DNA of 64,000 bases from an uncultured bacterium. Its GTDB lineage: Bacteria; Patescibacteriota; Minisyncoccia; Phycocordibacterales; UBA9973. Below, piece after piece: positions 29,965 through 40,134 of the stretch (positions are counted from its first letter, which is position 1; every line of letters starts with the position of its first letter). The position numbers were made by a program, and so were the translations under genes. The notes under the pieces are model-generated. The model was given only the letters and a program-made list of their open reading frames with translations. It ran no database searches and was not told the origin of the DNA. The stretch spans positions 32,033 to 96,032 of the forward strand of contig CAITQP010000006.1 of NCBI GenBank assembly GCA_903894565.1, given 5' to 3'.

Positions 29965-31212
29965 TTATAAGACACTCTTTGGTTTGCTGGAAAGCCAGTT
30001 AATCAAAGCCCTGAAAACCAGATTTGAAATTGCCCTATGAAAAGCATCTTCGTAAGATTTCTGATACCCCAAAAACCCCATTGGTTCAAAATCTCTAGCA
30101 AATACTTTTTCTCCATGAAGCATGGTAGATCTAATATCGTAGATATAACTTTTCTCTTCTTTGGATAGTTTAGAATATTCCTCATTGGAGTATTTTTCCA
30201 AAAAGTCCTTGAAGCTTTTTCCTAACCTATATTTGGGTTCGCCACATATATCACATTTTTCTATGGATTTGTCAGTGAGAGCTGATCCGCATTTACATTT
30301 TTCTACGTCGTTCATGAGGCATTCAATACTCGTTACTAAACAAACATACGAAACAGAATGTGAAGTTTTCCAGACCTCGCTTGCTGTATACAACCAGTAA
30401 CAAGAAGTAATGAATTTTGGATAGTCGTCAGTATCCAACGTAAAAATAATATCTAGCAATTTACTGGCGTCTTCAACAAGAGTTAATTCATTGCTTTTAC
30501 TTTTTCCAAACTCGAGATCTCTTATGTGTTTTGTTGATGAAAATGAATTGTCCGCTTGGAATTTTTTACCGTAAAAATAACCCATTTGCTTAAACTCGCT
30601 GGTTGTCATTTCTATGTCTTCGTTGTTTATAACGACCCAGTCAAACTGACCGAATCGGGAAGGGCCATAAAACCTTCTTTGCGATAATAAATGTAACAAC
30701 GTGATTAGTTCTCGAGATTTCTTATTTTTTCTAAATGCGTTAACTTGAGCGTTCTTTGACGAAATATATTTGTATTCCAATAAAATTGGGTGATGTCCCC
30801 ACATCTGATTCTCTATTTGAGGTGCCCCAGACGGCATGGGCAGTATCTGAAATAGGTCTTTATATGTAAAATACTCCTCAGCTTTAGAGCCTGTCACGAA
30901 GCAAATATCTCTGCCGACCATTACATCCTGAGCATCAATTAGCTCATCCTGTATTCTTTGTTGAATTTCATTTATATCTTTCTCGCTGAGTTTTGAACCA
31001 TTTTCGATCGACCGAATCTTTCCTTTTGGATCATAAAATATAGTTACAGAAAAATCGTAATCAGTTTCTTCTTTATGATATAGAGATTTGCCCTCATATG
31101 GACCACTACCTCTTCCGAAATATGACAAGAGCACCATTTCTAGTTCGTCTTGCTTTATCTTATTTAAATAAAATTTTTCTTTCAGTTCCATGTTATTTCC
31201 TGTTTCTCCCAT
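29965..31212 (-). CDS. HEPN-domain (ApeA-like) protein
   Basis: LVTSIECL, Cys pairs, YDIRSTMLHG (RxxxxH). Confidence 0.7.
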   Translation of the reverse strand: MGETGNNMELKEKFYLNKIKQDELEMVLLSYFGRGSGPYEGKSLYHKEETDYDFSVTIFYDPKGKIRSIENGSKLSEKDINEIQQRIQDELIDAQDVMVGRDICFVTGSKAEEYFTYKDLFQILPMPSGAPQIENQMWGHHPILLEYKYISSKNAQVNAFRKNKKSRELITLLHLLSQRRFYGPSRFGQFDWVVINNEDIEMTTSEFKQMGYFYGKKFQADNSFSSTKHIRDLEFGKSKSNELTLVEDASKLLDIIFTLDTDDYPKFITSCYWLYTASEVWKTSHSVSYVCLVTSIECLMNDVEKCKCGSALTDKSIEKCDICGEPKYRLGKSFKDFLEKYSNEEYSKLSKEEKSYIYDIRSTMLHGEKVFARDFEPMGFLGYQKSYEDAFHRAISNLVFRALINWLSSKPKSVL

Positions 31213-31220
31213 ACCATTCT

Positions 31221-31254
31221 AACAAAAAGAACGGCAATTGCCGTTCTTTTTGTT
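31221..31254 (-). terminator. hairpin downstream of tRNA-Ser
   Basis: aacaaaaagaacggc-aatt-gccgttctttttgtt. Confidence 0.75.
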
Positions 31255-31290
31255 TATCCATATTTGATAGCATCTCGTGCTACCTGTCAA

Positions 31291-31380
31291 TGGCGGAGGC
31301 GGTGAGATTCGAACTCACGGTACCCTTTCGGATACGACAGTTTTCAAGACTGTTGCCTTCAACCACTCAGCCACGCCTCC
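31291..31380 (-). tRNA. tRNA-Ser(TGA)
   Basis: GGAGGCG acceptor, ACAGT-CTTGAAA-ACTGT, long variable arm, ends GCCA. Confidence 0.95.
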
Positions 31381-31461
31381 GTATGCGTTATTTTGTTCTG
31401 CTTGATTACATTACCTTATTTCTCTCTTTTTTTCAATTTTTTGAGTATACTAGACATATAT

Positions 31462-31878
31462 ATGAAATATCTTGGTATCGATTACGGGACGAAACGGATC
31501 GGGATTGCGGTGAGTGATTCTGATGGAATGCTCGCTCGACCAGTAGCTGTGGTGAAGAATATGACCGGTTTTCTTGATGAAATTGAGGGTATTATCGCTC
31601 GCGAAGGGGTAGAGGGGATCGTTGTTGGAAGCTCGGAAGGCAATAAAGTCCAGCGGGATATTGAGGAGCTCATTGGGCAATTGACGCTCACTACATTTTT
31701 GCCAGTTGAGACTATCACGGAGGCTTTTAGTTCTATGGAGGCACATGGGAAGAAGGGCAAGGAACAGATGGCGGCGCGGGCGACCAAGGCTCCAACCAAG
31801 CCCGCTGACCTCGACGCCCGCGCCGCAGCCGTCATCCTCCAGCGATATCTCGACACCAATAGCAAAAAGAAAAAATAG
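31462..31878 (+). CDS. ruvX: YqgF/RuvX family pre-16S rRNA nuclease
   Basis: LGIDYGTKRIGIAVSD, D..AAAVILQRYLD. Confidence 0.9.
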   Translation: MKYLGIDYGTKRIGIAVSDSDGMLARPVAVVKNMTGFLDEIEGIIAREGVEGIVVGSSEGNKVQRDIEELIGQLTLTTFLPVETITEAFSSMEAHGKKGKEQMAARATKAPTKPADLDARAAAVILQRYLDTNSKKKK

Positions 31879-31890
31879 GTTTTTAGATCT

Positions 31891-33609
31891 ATGGAATCTC
31901 GCGTCTGCAAAAATTGCACAAAAGTATTTGAGATCACTTCAGATGATTTTGGATTTTATACAAAGCTCAATGTACCGGCACCAACGTTCTGTCCTGATTG
32001 TCGAGCACAGCGTCGTCTCGTTTGGCGCAACAACATGTCGCTCTATACACGTCCGTGTGATGCATGTCAGAAGTCTACCGTGTCTGCATATGCACCGACG
32101 ACCTCAATCGTACAATACTGTAACAAGTGTTGGTGGGGTGATTCATGGGACGCAAAAAGTTTTGGAAGAGAATACGATTTTCAAAAACCATTTTTTACTC
32201 AGTTCAAAGAACTCCTTTCCGTCGTTCCGCATATTGCGATGGTGAATGATAATGGTATCGCAAGTATTAATTGCGAGTACACATACGATTGGTGGTTTGC
32301 GAAAAATTGCTACATGGCTTTTTCCGGGTGGCAGGTTGAAAATGTTATGTACAGTTTTTATGTTCTTGCAGGTCGTGACATGATGGATTGCACAAGTATT
32401 ACTGATAAAAATGAATGGCTATACGAATGTATTGATTGTGAGCGATGTTATCAGTTGAAATACTCGCAATTCGCAGTATCCTGTACGGACTCGCAATTTT
32501 TGTATGATTGCCGTGGTTGTAGCGATTGCTTCCTTTCTGCTGGGTTGAGAAATAAAAAATACTGTTTTAAAAATGAACAATATTCGAAGGAGGAGTATGA
32601 ATCAATTCTCGCATCGTATCGCCTTGATACATATTCAGGTGTTGAACGAGCGAGGCAGGAATACCATGCGTTCATACTTTTGTACCCACGCCGTTACGCG
32701 CATATTGTGCACAGCACCAATTCCACGGGAGATCTTTTGACGAACTGTAAAAACACTCATCAAGCATTTAACGTTCAAGGAGCAGAGAACTGCAAGTTTT
32801 ATGACTTTGGGACAATGCCAAAAGATTCCTATGATATTTCAATGACGGGGGAGATGAGTGAATGCTATGAGGGATCGGTAGTAGACCATTCAAGCAGAAA
32901 TGTATTTGGAGTGTTTAGTGTAAAAAGTCAGGATATTCGATACACACAGCATTGTCACTCAGGGAAACATTTGTTTGGATGCGTTGGTTTGCGAAACGCT
33001 GAATATTGTATTTTGAATAAGCAATATACGAAAGAAGAATATGAAGCATTGGTTCCTCGAATTAGTGATCACATGAATGTGATGCCGTATGAAGACAAAA
33101 ACGGATGTTTCTATCCATACGGAGAAAATTACCCGATTGAATTATCTCCATTTGGGTACAACGAAACATTTGCGAATGAGCGCTTTCCATTACCGCGCGA
33201 AGTTGCGGTTGAAAAAGGGTATGCATGGCAAGATGGGCAGCAACGTACAACAGGACGAGAAACGATAGGGAGCGAGGCGATTCCTGAGACTATTGCAGAG
33301 ACGAGTGACACGATAACAAAAGAAATTTTGGCGTGTTGTACCTGCGGAAGGAATTATAAAATCGTTGCACAAGAGTATGTGTTCTATACAAAAATGAATA
33401 TTCCGATTCCGCGGAATTGTTTTCATTGTCGGCATGCGGCGCGCTCCGCGCGCCGCAACCCCTTCCACTTGTGGAAGCGACAGTGCATGTGCGAAGAAAC
33501 AATTCATGGACACGATACAAGCTGTGCGAACGAGTTTGAGACATCATACGCGCCATCTCGCAAGGAAATAGTGTACTGCGAATCGTGCTACCAAAAGCAC
33601 ACCAACTAG
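31891..33609 (+). CDS. Cys-rich hypothetical protein with multiple CxxC motifs
   Basis: CKNC, CPDCRAQRR, CNKCWW, CFHCRH, YCESCYQ; family I associate with CPR. Confidence 0.8.
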   Translation: MESRVCKNCTKVFEITSDDFGFYTKLNVPAPTFCPDCRAQRRLVWRNNMSLYTRPCDACQKSTVSAYAPTTSIVQYCNKCWWGDSWDAKSFGREYDFQKPFFTQFKELLSVVPHIAMVNDNGIASINCEYTYDWWFAKNCYMAFSGWQVENVMYSFYVLAGRDMMDCTSITDKNEWLYECIDCERCYQLKYSQFAVSCTDSQFLYDCRGCSDCFLSAGLRNKKYCFKNEQYSKEEYESILASYRLDTYSGVERARQEYHAFILLYPRRYAHIVHSTNSTGDLLTNCKNTHQAFNVQGAENCKFYDFGTMPKDSYDISMTGEMSECYEGSVVDHSSRNVFGVFSVKSQDIRYTQHCHSGKHLFGCVGLRNAEYCILNKQYTKEEYEALVPRISDHMNVMPYEDKNGCFYPYGENYPIELSPFGYNETFANERFPLPREVAVEKGYAWQDGQQRTTGRETIGSEAIPETIAETSDTITKEILACCTCGRNYKIVAQEYVFYTKMNIPIPRNCFHCRHAARSARRNPFHLWKRQCMCEETIHGHDTSCANEFETSYAPSRKEIVYCESCYQKHTN

Positions 33610-33625
33610 GATATACTCCCCATAT

Positions 33626-34051
33626 ATGGAATACGTTTCGTACGATGAATTTAAAAAGATGGATATGCGCGTGGGCACGATCCGTGCTGTCGAGCCAGTT
33701 GAGGGGACTGACAAACTTTTGAAGTGTCAGATTGATTTCGGAGAATTCGAAGCGGTCGAACTGAGCGCTGCTGTCACAAGCGACGAATCTGCCGAAGCAA
33801 GTACTGAAATTGTGGCCGAAGCGCCTGCCCTTGTTCCTAAACTCCGCCAGATTGTCTCAGGTATTCGTGAATTTTTTCCTGAATACGAAAAGCTCGTGGG
33901 CAAACAAGTTCTCTATATTGTAAATCTTGAACCACGTATGATTCGCGGAGTGGAGAGTAGAGGCATGCTCATGGCTGTTGACGGCAAAGACGGTAAGCCC
34001 GTGTTTCTTTCTCCTGAAGTCGAAGTAAACGCTGGATCACACGTTCGTTAA
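33626..34051 (+). CDS. OB-fold tRNA-binding protein (MetG C-terminal/CsaA-like)
   Basis: DMRVGTI, RQIVSGI, VNLEPR...GVESRGML. Confidence 0.88.
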   Translation: MEYVSYDEFKKMDMRVGTIRAVEPVEGTDKLLKCQIDFGEFEAVELSAAVTSDESAEASTEIVAEAPALVPKLRQIVSGIREFFPEYEKLVGKQVLYIVNLEPRMIRGVESRGMLMAVDGKDGKPVFLSPEVEVNAGSHVR

Positions 34052-34060
34052 TCTATCAGA

Positions 34061-34648
34061 ATGGAAAAACTTATCCCGCTTATCGAGACAGTTGGTTATA
34101 TCGGAATATTCGGTATGATTTTTGCTGAGACTGGCTTGTTGGTCGGATTTTTCTTTCCAGGAGACACGTTACTTTTCGCGGCGGGAATTCTTGCTTCGAA
34201 AGGAATTTTTAATATCGGTATTCTGCTTGCGGGGGCGTCGCTCATGGCGATACTCGGTGATACGACGGGGTACATGATTGGAAAGAAGATTGGTCCGCGA
34301 ATTTTCGTTCGAGAAGATTCTCTCTTCTTTAAACAAGCATACGTAGTTCGAGCTCAACATTTTTTCCAAAAGCACGGACGCAAAACAATTTTTTTGTCAC
34401 GCTACATTCCTATCGTACGAACCTTTGCTCCTGTGGTTGCTGGTGTAGGGGAGATGCCGTATCATACGTTTCTTCTTTTTAATATTCTCGGAGGAGTTGT
34501 CTGGTGTTTTTCTATTGGTCTCGCCGGATATTTTTTAGGTGCAAAAATCCCCAATATCGACACCTACATACTTCCAATCGTTGTTGGTATTTTTGTGTTG
34601 TCGTTCCTCCCTGTCGTTCGGCAATTTTTACCACGGAAGAAAAAATAG
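34061..34648 (+). CDS. DedA family membrane protein
   Basis: FAETGLLVGFFFPGDTLLF, RTFAPVVAG. Confidence 0.93.
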   Translation: MEKLIPLIETVGYIGIFGMIFAETGLLVGFFFPGDTLLFAAGILASKGIFNIGILLAGASLMAILGDTTGYMIGKKIGPRIFVREDSLFFKQAYVVRAQHFFQKHGRKTIFLSRYIPIVRTFAPVVAGVGEMPYHTFLLFNILGGVVWCFSIGLAGYFLGAKIPNIDTYILPIVVGIFVLSFLPVVRQFLPRKKK

Positions 34649-34707
34649 CTTGAATATGCACAGGATTGTTTCTTTCAAAGCTCATTTGTCGTATACTAGT
34701 GTTTAGT

Positions 34708-35802
34708 ATGACTGAAGCACGTCCACGGAATTTTCTTTTTTCTCCGCCATCATTTATTTTGATGCCAGCGGTTGGAATTGATATCTCTGACCGAAGTATA
34801 AAATACGCTCGACTCGTTCCAGCAGGCGAAGGCTACAACCTTGGTGATTTCGGTTCTGTTCCACTTGCTCCAGGTATTGTTGAGGCAGGAAGGATTATTT
34901 CACCTGAGATGCTTGAAGCAGCACTTGGTAATCTCAGACGCGATCACGATATTTCGTTTGTACGTGCGGCACTTCCTGAAGAACAAATGTACTTTTTCCG
35001 CATGACAATTCCTACGGGCCCTCGTGATGTGCTCCGAGATACAATCGAACTTTCACTTGAAGAACACGTACCAATTGCTGGACCAGATGCTGTCTTTGAT
35101 TTTGAAGTAGTGAGTAGTACAGATGCTGATGTTGAGGTCGCTGTTACTGCCGCACCTCGATCAATCGTCGAGAGTTACAGTGATACGTTCTCACGTGCTG
35201 GGTTAACGCTCCTTTCACTTGAGCTTGAGGCTGAAGCAATTGCGCGTACCGTTATTCACAACGAAGATACATTTGCTCACCTTATTGTTGATTTTGGAGA
35301 AACTCGAACTGGTATAGCGATTAGCTACAAGGGCGAAGTGTACTTTACTTCTACGATTGCGATTGGAGGCCGTATGCTCACTGAGACACTTGCGAAGCAT
35401 TTTAGTGTGTCAATGGAAGAAGCAGAAAAAATGAAACACGATTTCGGTTTGGATCGTAATGCTGAACACCAGGATCTTTTTGCTCTTCTGTTGAACAACG
35501 TCGCCGTGCTTCGTGACGAAATCAACAAACACTTTATCTATTGGCACACACACCCAGATGAAAACGGGAACGCTCGACCAACAATCGAAGAGATTGTTTT
35601 GGTTGGCGGGGGATCAAATCTTGCGGGTCTTCCTGACTATCTGTCTGCATCCTTGCGTGTAAAAACATCTGTTGCGAATATTTGGACAAACGTTACCATG
35701 CCTGTCGGTGGAGTACCTGAATTATCTCGAAGTGAATCAGTTGGATACGCGACAGCTGTCGGGCTTTCGCTCCATGAAGCATCAAGTGATCAAATCATAT
35801 GA
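34708..35802 (+). CDS. pilM: type IV pilus assembly protein PilM
   Basis: VGIDISDRSIK, VDFGETRT, LVGGGSNL, AVGLSL. Confidence 0.9.
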   Translation: MTEARPRNFLFSPPSFILMPAVGIDISDRSIKYARLVPAGEGYNLGDFGSVPLAPGIVEAGRIISPEMLEAALGNLRRDHDISFVRAALPEEQMYFFRMTIPTGPRDVLRDTIELSLEEHVPIAGPDAVFDFEVVSSTDADVEVAVTAAPRSIVESYSDTFSRAGLTLLSLELEAEAIARTVIHNEDTFAHLIVDFGETRTGIAISYKGEVYFTSTIAIGGRMLTETLAKHFSVSMEEAEKMKHDFGLDRNAEHQDLFALLLNNVAVLRDEINKHFIYWHTHPDENGNARPTIEEIVLVGGGSNLAGLPDYLSASLRVKTSVANIWTNVTMPVGGVPELSRSESVGYATAVGLSLHEASSDQII

Positions 35803-36347
35803 GTAATCTTCTTCCTCCATCTCAAAAACAGGATATTCTTCGTTTGTATCGTAAGCGACTCGTTTCGATCGCGCTGCTTACTTTTGTTGGGTTGCTCATG
35901 TCTGCCTTTGTTCTCGCAATGCCGTCGTTGTTATATCTAAAATCAAGTGAAATCGTATTGACTGCAAAACGCGATACACTTTCGGGATATGAAACAAGCT
36001 CGATTGCTCGCACGTTGAGTACTGCTGTCGCCGATGTAAATTCTCGCCTTGCAGTATTTCCTGCTACCGAGACAGCCTCACCGCTCATTGCTGATTTTGT
36101 AAATCCCGTCTTGCTCGCAAAATCAAATTCGATTCATCTCGTTGGTTTTTCATACGAAAAGGGAGCAAAACTAAACGAGGCAAAAGTAAAAGTAACCGGA
36201 ACAGCTGATAGCAGAGTAGCGCTCCTTGCGTTTACTGATAGACTCAAGAAGGTAGGAAGTTTTAGCGATGTGAATGTTCCGATTACGAATTTTATTTTGG
36301 ATACAAACGTTCCATTCACAGTGAGTGCAACGGTTTCGCTTCAGTAA
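35799..36347 (+). CDS. PilN-like protein
   Basis: NLLP motif plus TM, coupled to pilM. Confidence 0.75.
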   Translation: MSNLLPPSQKQDILRLYRKRLVSIALLTFVGLLMSAFVLAMPSLLYLKSSEIVLTAKRDTLSGYETSSIARTLSTAVADVNSRLAVFPATETASPLIADFVNPVLLAKSNSIHLVGFSYEKGAKLNEAKVKVTGTADSRVALLAFTDRLKKVGSFSDVNVPITNFILDTNVPFTVSATVSLQ

Positions 36348-36358
36348 TAGAGAATTGT

Positions 36359-36952
36359 ATGAATAATCAATCAGAAAAACCAATCAGAGTTACGAATACT
36401 ATTTTTATAGGCACAGTGCTTCTTGCTCTATTCGTCGTTGGCGCGTATGTGTATCTTTTTAATACCATCAAAACAGTTGGAGAACAAAACGCAGCACTTG
36501 AAGTAGAAACGACGACACTCGAGGCGCAAGCATCTCAAGTGGGGGAGTTGAAAAAGAATTTGGCTTTAATTCAAGCACGTCGTCCGGTTCTCGTTTCGTA
36601 TTTTATTGACGCAAGCGACATCGTTCCATTCCTTGAGACAATTGAAGGGTATGGGAAACAAACAAATGTAACAACAAAATTTAACACATTTGTATTCAAA
36701 AAATCACCAGACATGCTTGCTGTTTCTATGGTTGCTGATGGTTCTTTTACCGACCTCTATCACTTTATGGCTTTGCTTGAGGCTGCACCCTACGAGATCG
36801 GTATGACGAATGTGAACGTCCAAGCACAAAAACCAAAAGGACTCGATTCTGCAAAGGGGCAGGCAGTAGCTCAAGCGGTATGGGAGGCGCAGATTTCACT
36901 CGCGGTTACCAGTATTACGGGCGTTCCAAAAGATGCCGTAAAATCAAAATAA
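36359..36952 (+). CDS. PilO-like protein
   Basis: TM, coiled coil, GSFTDLYHFMALLE; operon position. Confidence 0.7.
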   Translation: MNNQSEKPIRVTNTIFIGTVLLALFVVGAYVYLFNTIKTVGEQNAALEVETTTLEAQASQVGELKKNLALIQARRPVLVSYFIDASDIVPFLETIEGYGKQTNVTTKFNTFVFKKSPDMLAVSMVADGSFTDLYHFMALLEAAPYEIGMTNVNVQAQKPKGLDSAKGQAVAQAVWEAQISLAVTSITGVPKDAVKSK

Positions 36953-36953
36953 T

Positions 36954-37277
36954 ATGAATGAAATTCGAGCAAAATTACATAACTCAAAAAAATTCCTAGC
37001 GAGCACTTTTATATTTCCAATCAATCCTCGCATGCAGTTTCGTCGTTTGATGATCGGGGGAATGATCTTGTTTATTTTTGTATTTCTCGTGCACATGTAT
37101 TTGTTCTACAAAATTGAATCGCATTCAATTTTTCAGACAACAGATACCTCCCCAATGAGTGTTCCTGTCGTAAATGAAACGAAACTTGCGACCGTACTTT
37201 TGCGTTTTGAGGATAAGGCTGTGATTCGTTCTGCTGCATTGAATCTTGTGCCTGCAGTAGCTGATCCGAGTCAGTAA
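36954..37277 (+). CDS. single-TM protein in the pilMNO operon
   Basis: Operon position, one TM. Confidence 0.6.
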   Translation: MNEIRAKLHNSKKFLASTFIFPINPRMQFRRLMIGGMILFIFVFLVHMYLFYKIESHSIFQTTDTSPMSVPVVNETKLATVLLRFEDKAVIRSAALNLVPAVADPSQ

Positions 37278-37282
37278 GAACT

Positions 37283-38389
37283 ATGGAACACTTTTCTTCT
37301 GAAAATAGTACCGCCGAAGAAAAACTTTCTCCAGAGGAAAGAGATTCTCGCCGTAAAGAAAAAAGAAAAAAGGAACTGAAAGAAAAAAAGAAAAAACGAG
37401 AGAAAGAAAAAAAGGAAAAAGAAAAAATTGAAAACCGCGAAAAAGCGCGTGTTGCAGGTGTTCGAAAAGGGAAGGAGAGCTATGCTCGACGTGTCCTTGA
37501 AGAAAAGAACCTCTTTAAGAAGTCGTTTCGAATTGGGTATATGGTTGGGTCGTGGATCGCAAAACGATCAACAGCACGTCTTGATACGAGCACTCTTGCA
37601 CATCCCAATGTTCATGAAGACGAAACGGATTTTACAAATAAAACAGCAGCTTTTGCTCAAGAGCTAAACAAGGACGAACTTCTGGATCGTACTATAAAGG
37701 CGGAGGAGGTAGCCCCAGCAGCGAACGAGATGCAAAAAAAAGAGCAAGTGGCCCCCGCCTTTCAAGAGCGTGATTTTGTAATGGAAGAAATCGATAGAGA
37801 ACTTCGAGATCTTGGTTCAGAGGATCATAATATTCAAACGATGGATCCAGCTGAAGCATTGAATCTTGTTCGAGTAAAAGAGTTGGAGAAGGAGCTAAAA
37901 GGTGAGCAGAAAAAAGAACAGCGGATAACTCCAGATGAGTTGAGCCGTGAACTTGGCATTCTTCGAAAGCTCTGGGGGCAGGCGCTCGACTCGATGGAAG
38001 ATACGAGTAGCGATGTTCGGATCGTTGAGTTACTTACGTTGACTGCTCGCGCAAAATCAAACCCGAAACTTCTCGAAGAATATCTTAAGAATGAAGGCAA
38101 AATGCTTAGTTCTGAAGAACGATTTTTTATTGAGATGTCGATTGAACTTAATTCTTTTAAGACAAAGGCAAAAGAGTTGTTACGTAAGGATCGACAAGGA
38201 GATACACAAAGTCTCTCTCCGGAAGAATTTCATACATTTGTAAATGAAAATACAGTTGATGAAAATGTTCTTGATAGGCTCGCACAAAAAATCGCTTCAG
38301 GCGGACAGATGACACCGGAAGAGATCGCCCTGTTTCAAGGGAGGCATTCTGATATTGAGAAACGACTTAGAGAGATTAAAGAAAAGTAA
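37283..38389 (+). CDS. hypothetical charged/coiled-coil protein
   Basis: K/E-rich N-terminus. Confidence 0.65.
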   Translation: MEHFSSENSTAEEKLSPEERDSRRKEKRKKELKEKKKKREKEKKEKEKIENREKARVAGVRKGKESYARRVLEEKNLFKKSFRIGYMVGSWIAKRSTARLDTSTLAHPNVHEDETDFTNKTAAFAQELNKDELLDRTIKAEEVAPAANEMQKKEQVAPAFQERDFVMEEIDRELRDLGSEDHNIQTMDPAEALNLVRVKELEKELKGEQKKEQRITPDELSRELGILRKLWGQALDSMEDTSSDVRIVELLTLTARAKSNPKLLEEYLKNEGKMLSSEERFFIEMSIELNSFKTKAKELLRKDRQGDTQSLSPEEFHTFVNENTVDENVLDRLAQKIASGGQMTPEEIALFQGRHSDIEKRLREIKEK

Positions 38390-39491
38390 TTTCTACGATT
38401 TCGCAATTTGAACCAACACGAAGTGGCGGACCCCATCCTCCGATACCGCTTGAGACATACACTTGAAGATTACCAAGTGGTTTTAAGCCATACCCGAATC
38501 CTTTATAAGCAATATCTGCGAGATAATTAAAAGGCCACTGTTGTCCGCGGTGGGTGTGTCCAGAAATCTGGAATGAGATTCCCGCCTGCTCTGCGACTTC
38601 AAGATCTTTTGGTTCATGCTTCAGGAGAATTGATGGAAGGGTCGTCGTATGAGCGAGTTTCTCGAGAAGCACTTTGAAAGCTTCTTTTTTTGTTGCGTGT
38701 TGGTAGTCAACGCCGAGAATTTGGAGTCCGTCGAGTGTGATGAGTTTGTCGTTTAAAATGGTGATACCAAGTTTCTCGACTGCCTGTACAAAGGGAGTTG
38801 GGTCACCAAATTCTTCATGATTACCAGAAATAAAATATACGCCGCGTGGAGCGATAAGTTCTGAGAGCGGTCGTGCTATTGCGTACGGATCAGGCGCATG
38901 GGTTCCGTCGTATAAATCACCACCAATGAAGACGATGTCAGGGGAGAGCGAATTAGAAAGAGCGGTTACTTTTTTAGAAAATGGCGCTCCACGTACTGAG
39001 CCAAGATGGAGGTCGCTCATCCACACTGCGGTTCGTCCACGCCACGCCTCTGGAAGATTGGAGAGAGTTACAGATATTTTTTTTGTTACGATCCTTCTTC
39101 CGTTCATGTATCCATAGATACTGACGAGAATCGCAATGCCAAAGAATACAAAACCGAATGGGCGAGCATCTGAGACGAATACGGCACTGATATCATACAA
39201 AATTCCTGCAATGAGAAGATATGCAAATGAACCAGTCCAAATCGCAGTGAGTCGATACAAGAAACGAGTGAGATAACTTTTTGAAAATCGTTCAATCACA
39301 AGCATACCCAGGAATCCCCCCGAAAGGAATGCAAGCATGATTGCCCCAGTAGCACGCGTCGTATGATTGGTGATTGAAAGTAACGAAACGACTGCCATAT
39401 AGACGACGATATTTGCTTCAATGAGAAGTACAAATGCGACGCTAATAAAGGTAACGAGTGCTTTGAGTGAATGCGGTTTATTTTTATCCAT
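38376..39491 (-). CDS. membrane-anchored metallophosphoesterase (YkuE-like)
   Basis: SDLHLG, GGDLYD, GNHE, SGHTHRGQ. Confidence 0.92.
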   Translation of the reverse strand: MDKNKPHSLKALVTFISVAFVLLIEANIVVYMAVVSLLSITNHTTRATGAIMLAFLSGGFLGMLVIERFSKSYLTRFLYRLTAIWTGSFAYLLIAGILYDISAVFVSDARPFGFVFFGIAILVSIYGYMNGRRIVTKKISVTLSNLPEAWRGRTAVWMSDLHLGSVRGAPFSKKVTALSNSLSPDIVFIGGDLYDGTHAPDPYAIARPLSELIAPRGVYFISGNHEEFGDPTPFVQAVEKLGITILNDKLITLDGLQILGVDYQHATKKEAFKVLLEKLAHTTTLPSILLKHEPKDLEVAEQAGISFQISGHTHRGQQWPFNYLADIAYKGFGYGLKPLGNLQVYVSSGIGGWGPPLRVGSNCEIVEITFL

Positions 39492-39630
39492 GATTTATGT
39501 TGTGCCCCAACCGCGTCTCGGACGAAGTGGTATCAACCAGTGTAAGCGTTCTTTGGTGATTTTCCAAGCGTAATTCTGAGGCACCCGCATAGGGGTCAAT
39601 TTTCCCAAAATCAGCAGTTTCAAAGAAATT

Positions 39631-40068
39631 GTGAATGGCACAAATGGCACACAAAACAGCGGTATTTGGCACTGTACCATTTACATTGTAAATGGCATGA
39701 ATGGCAGGCAAAAACGTGGTTTTAGACACCTTGCCATTCACAAAAAAAATCGACCGAGCCGAATTTGTAAATGTTACAGATGAGACACAAAAAGGCGGTA
39801 TTTCAGACTGTCTCACTTACGAAATTTTTAAACTAAAAATGTTACGAATGTTACACTTTTTTCACTGTTTTGAAAGTGTAACATTTGGGAATTTAGGTGT
39901 TCCATTTGTCTAAAACGAGCCATATTTTTCAATAGAATGGGACACTCCTACCGACATACAAATCGATGTAACATTTCAAGTTTGAGTGTAACATTTGAAA
40001 TGCCTACAAATGCTAAGAAATGAGACAAATGAGACACTGAAACATGAGGTGTCTCGAATGTCTCATTT
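39631..40068. repeat. array of AAATGNNACA direct/inverted modules upstream of LSR2
   Basis: Repeated aatggcac, aatgttaca, atgagacac, aatgggacac and their inverted copies. Confidence 0.8.
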
Positions 40069-40134
40069 GCACAAAAGTTACCAACAGCTAGCCTAGTAGA
40101 CTCCTCGGCGGGGTTGCGTCATCAATGTGTATAT

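Larger units (their letters stand above)
24100..31300. mobile_element. putative genomic island at the tRNA-Ser 3' end
   Basis: LSR plus defence-like cargo; degenerate tRNA-Ser 3'-end copy at 24100-24121 as left boundary. Confidence 0.6.

Noticed and set aside
31098-31517. 139-aa ORF containing AEAVRFELT
   Set aside because: Antisense read-through of tRNA-Ser, not a gene.
39484-39913. Short ORFs on both strands of the repeat array
   Set aside because: Translations (CAICAI, VTFVT-like) simply reflect the DNA motifs; no coding signal.
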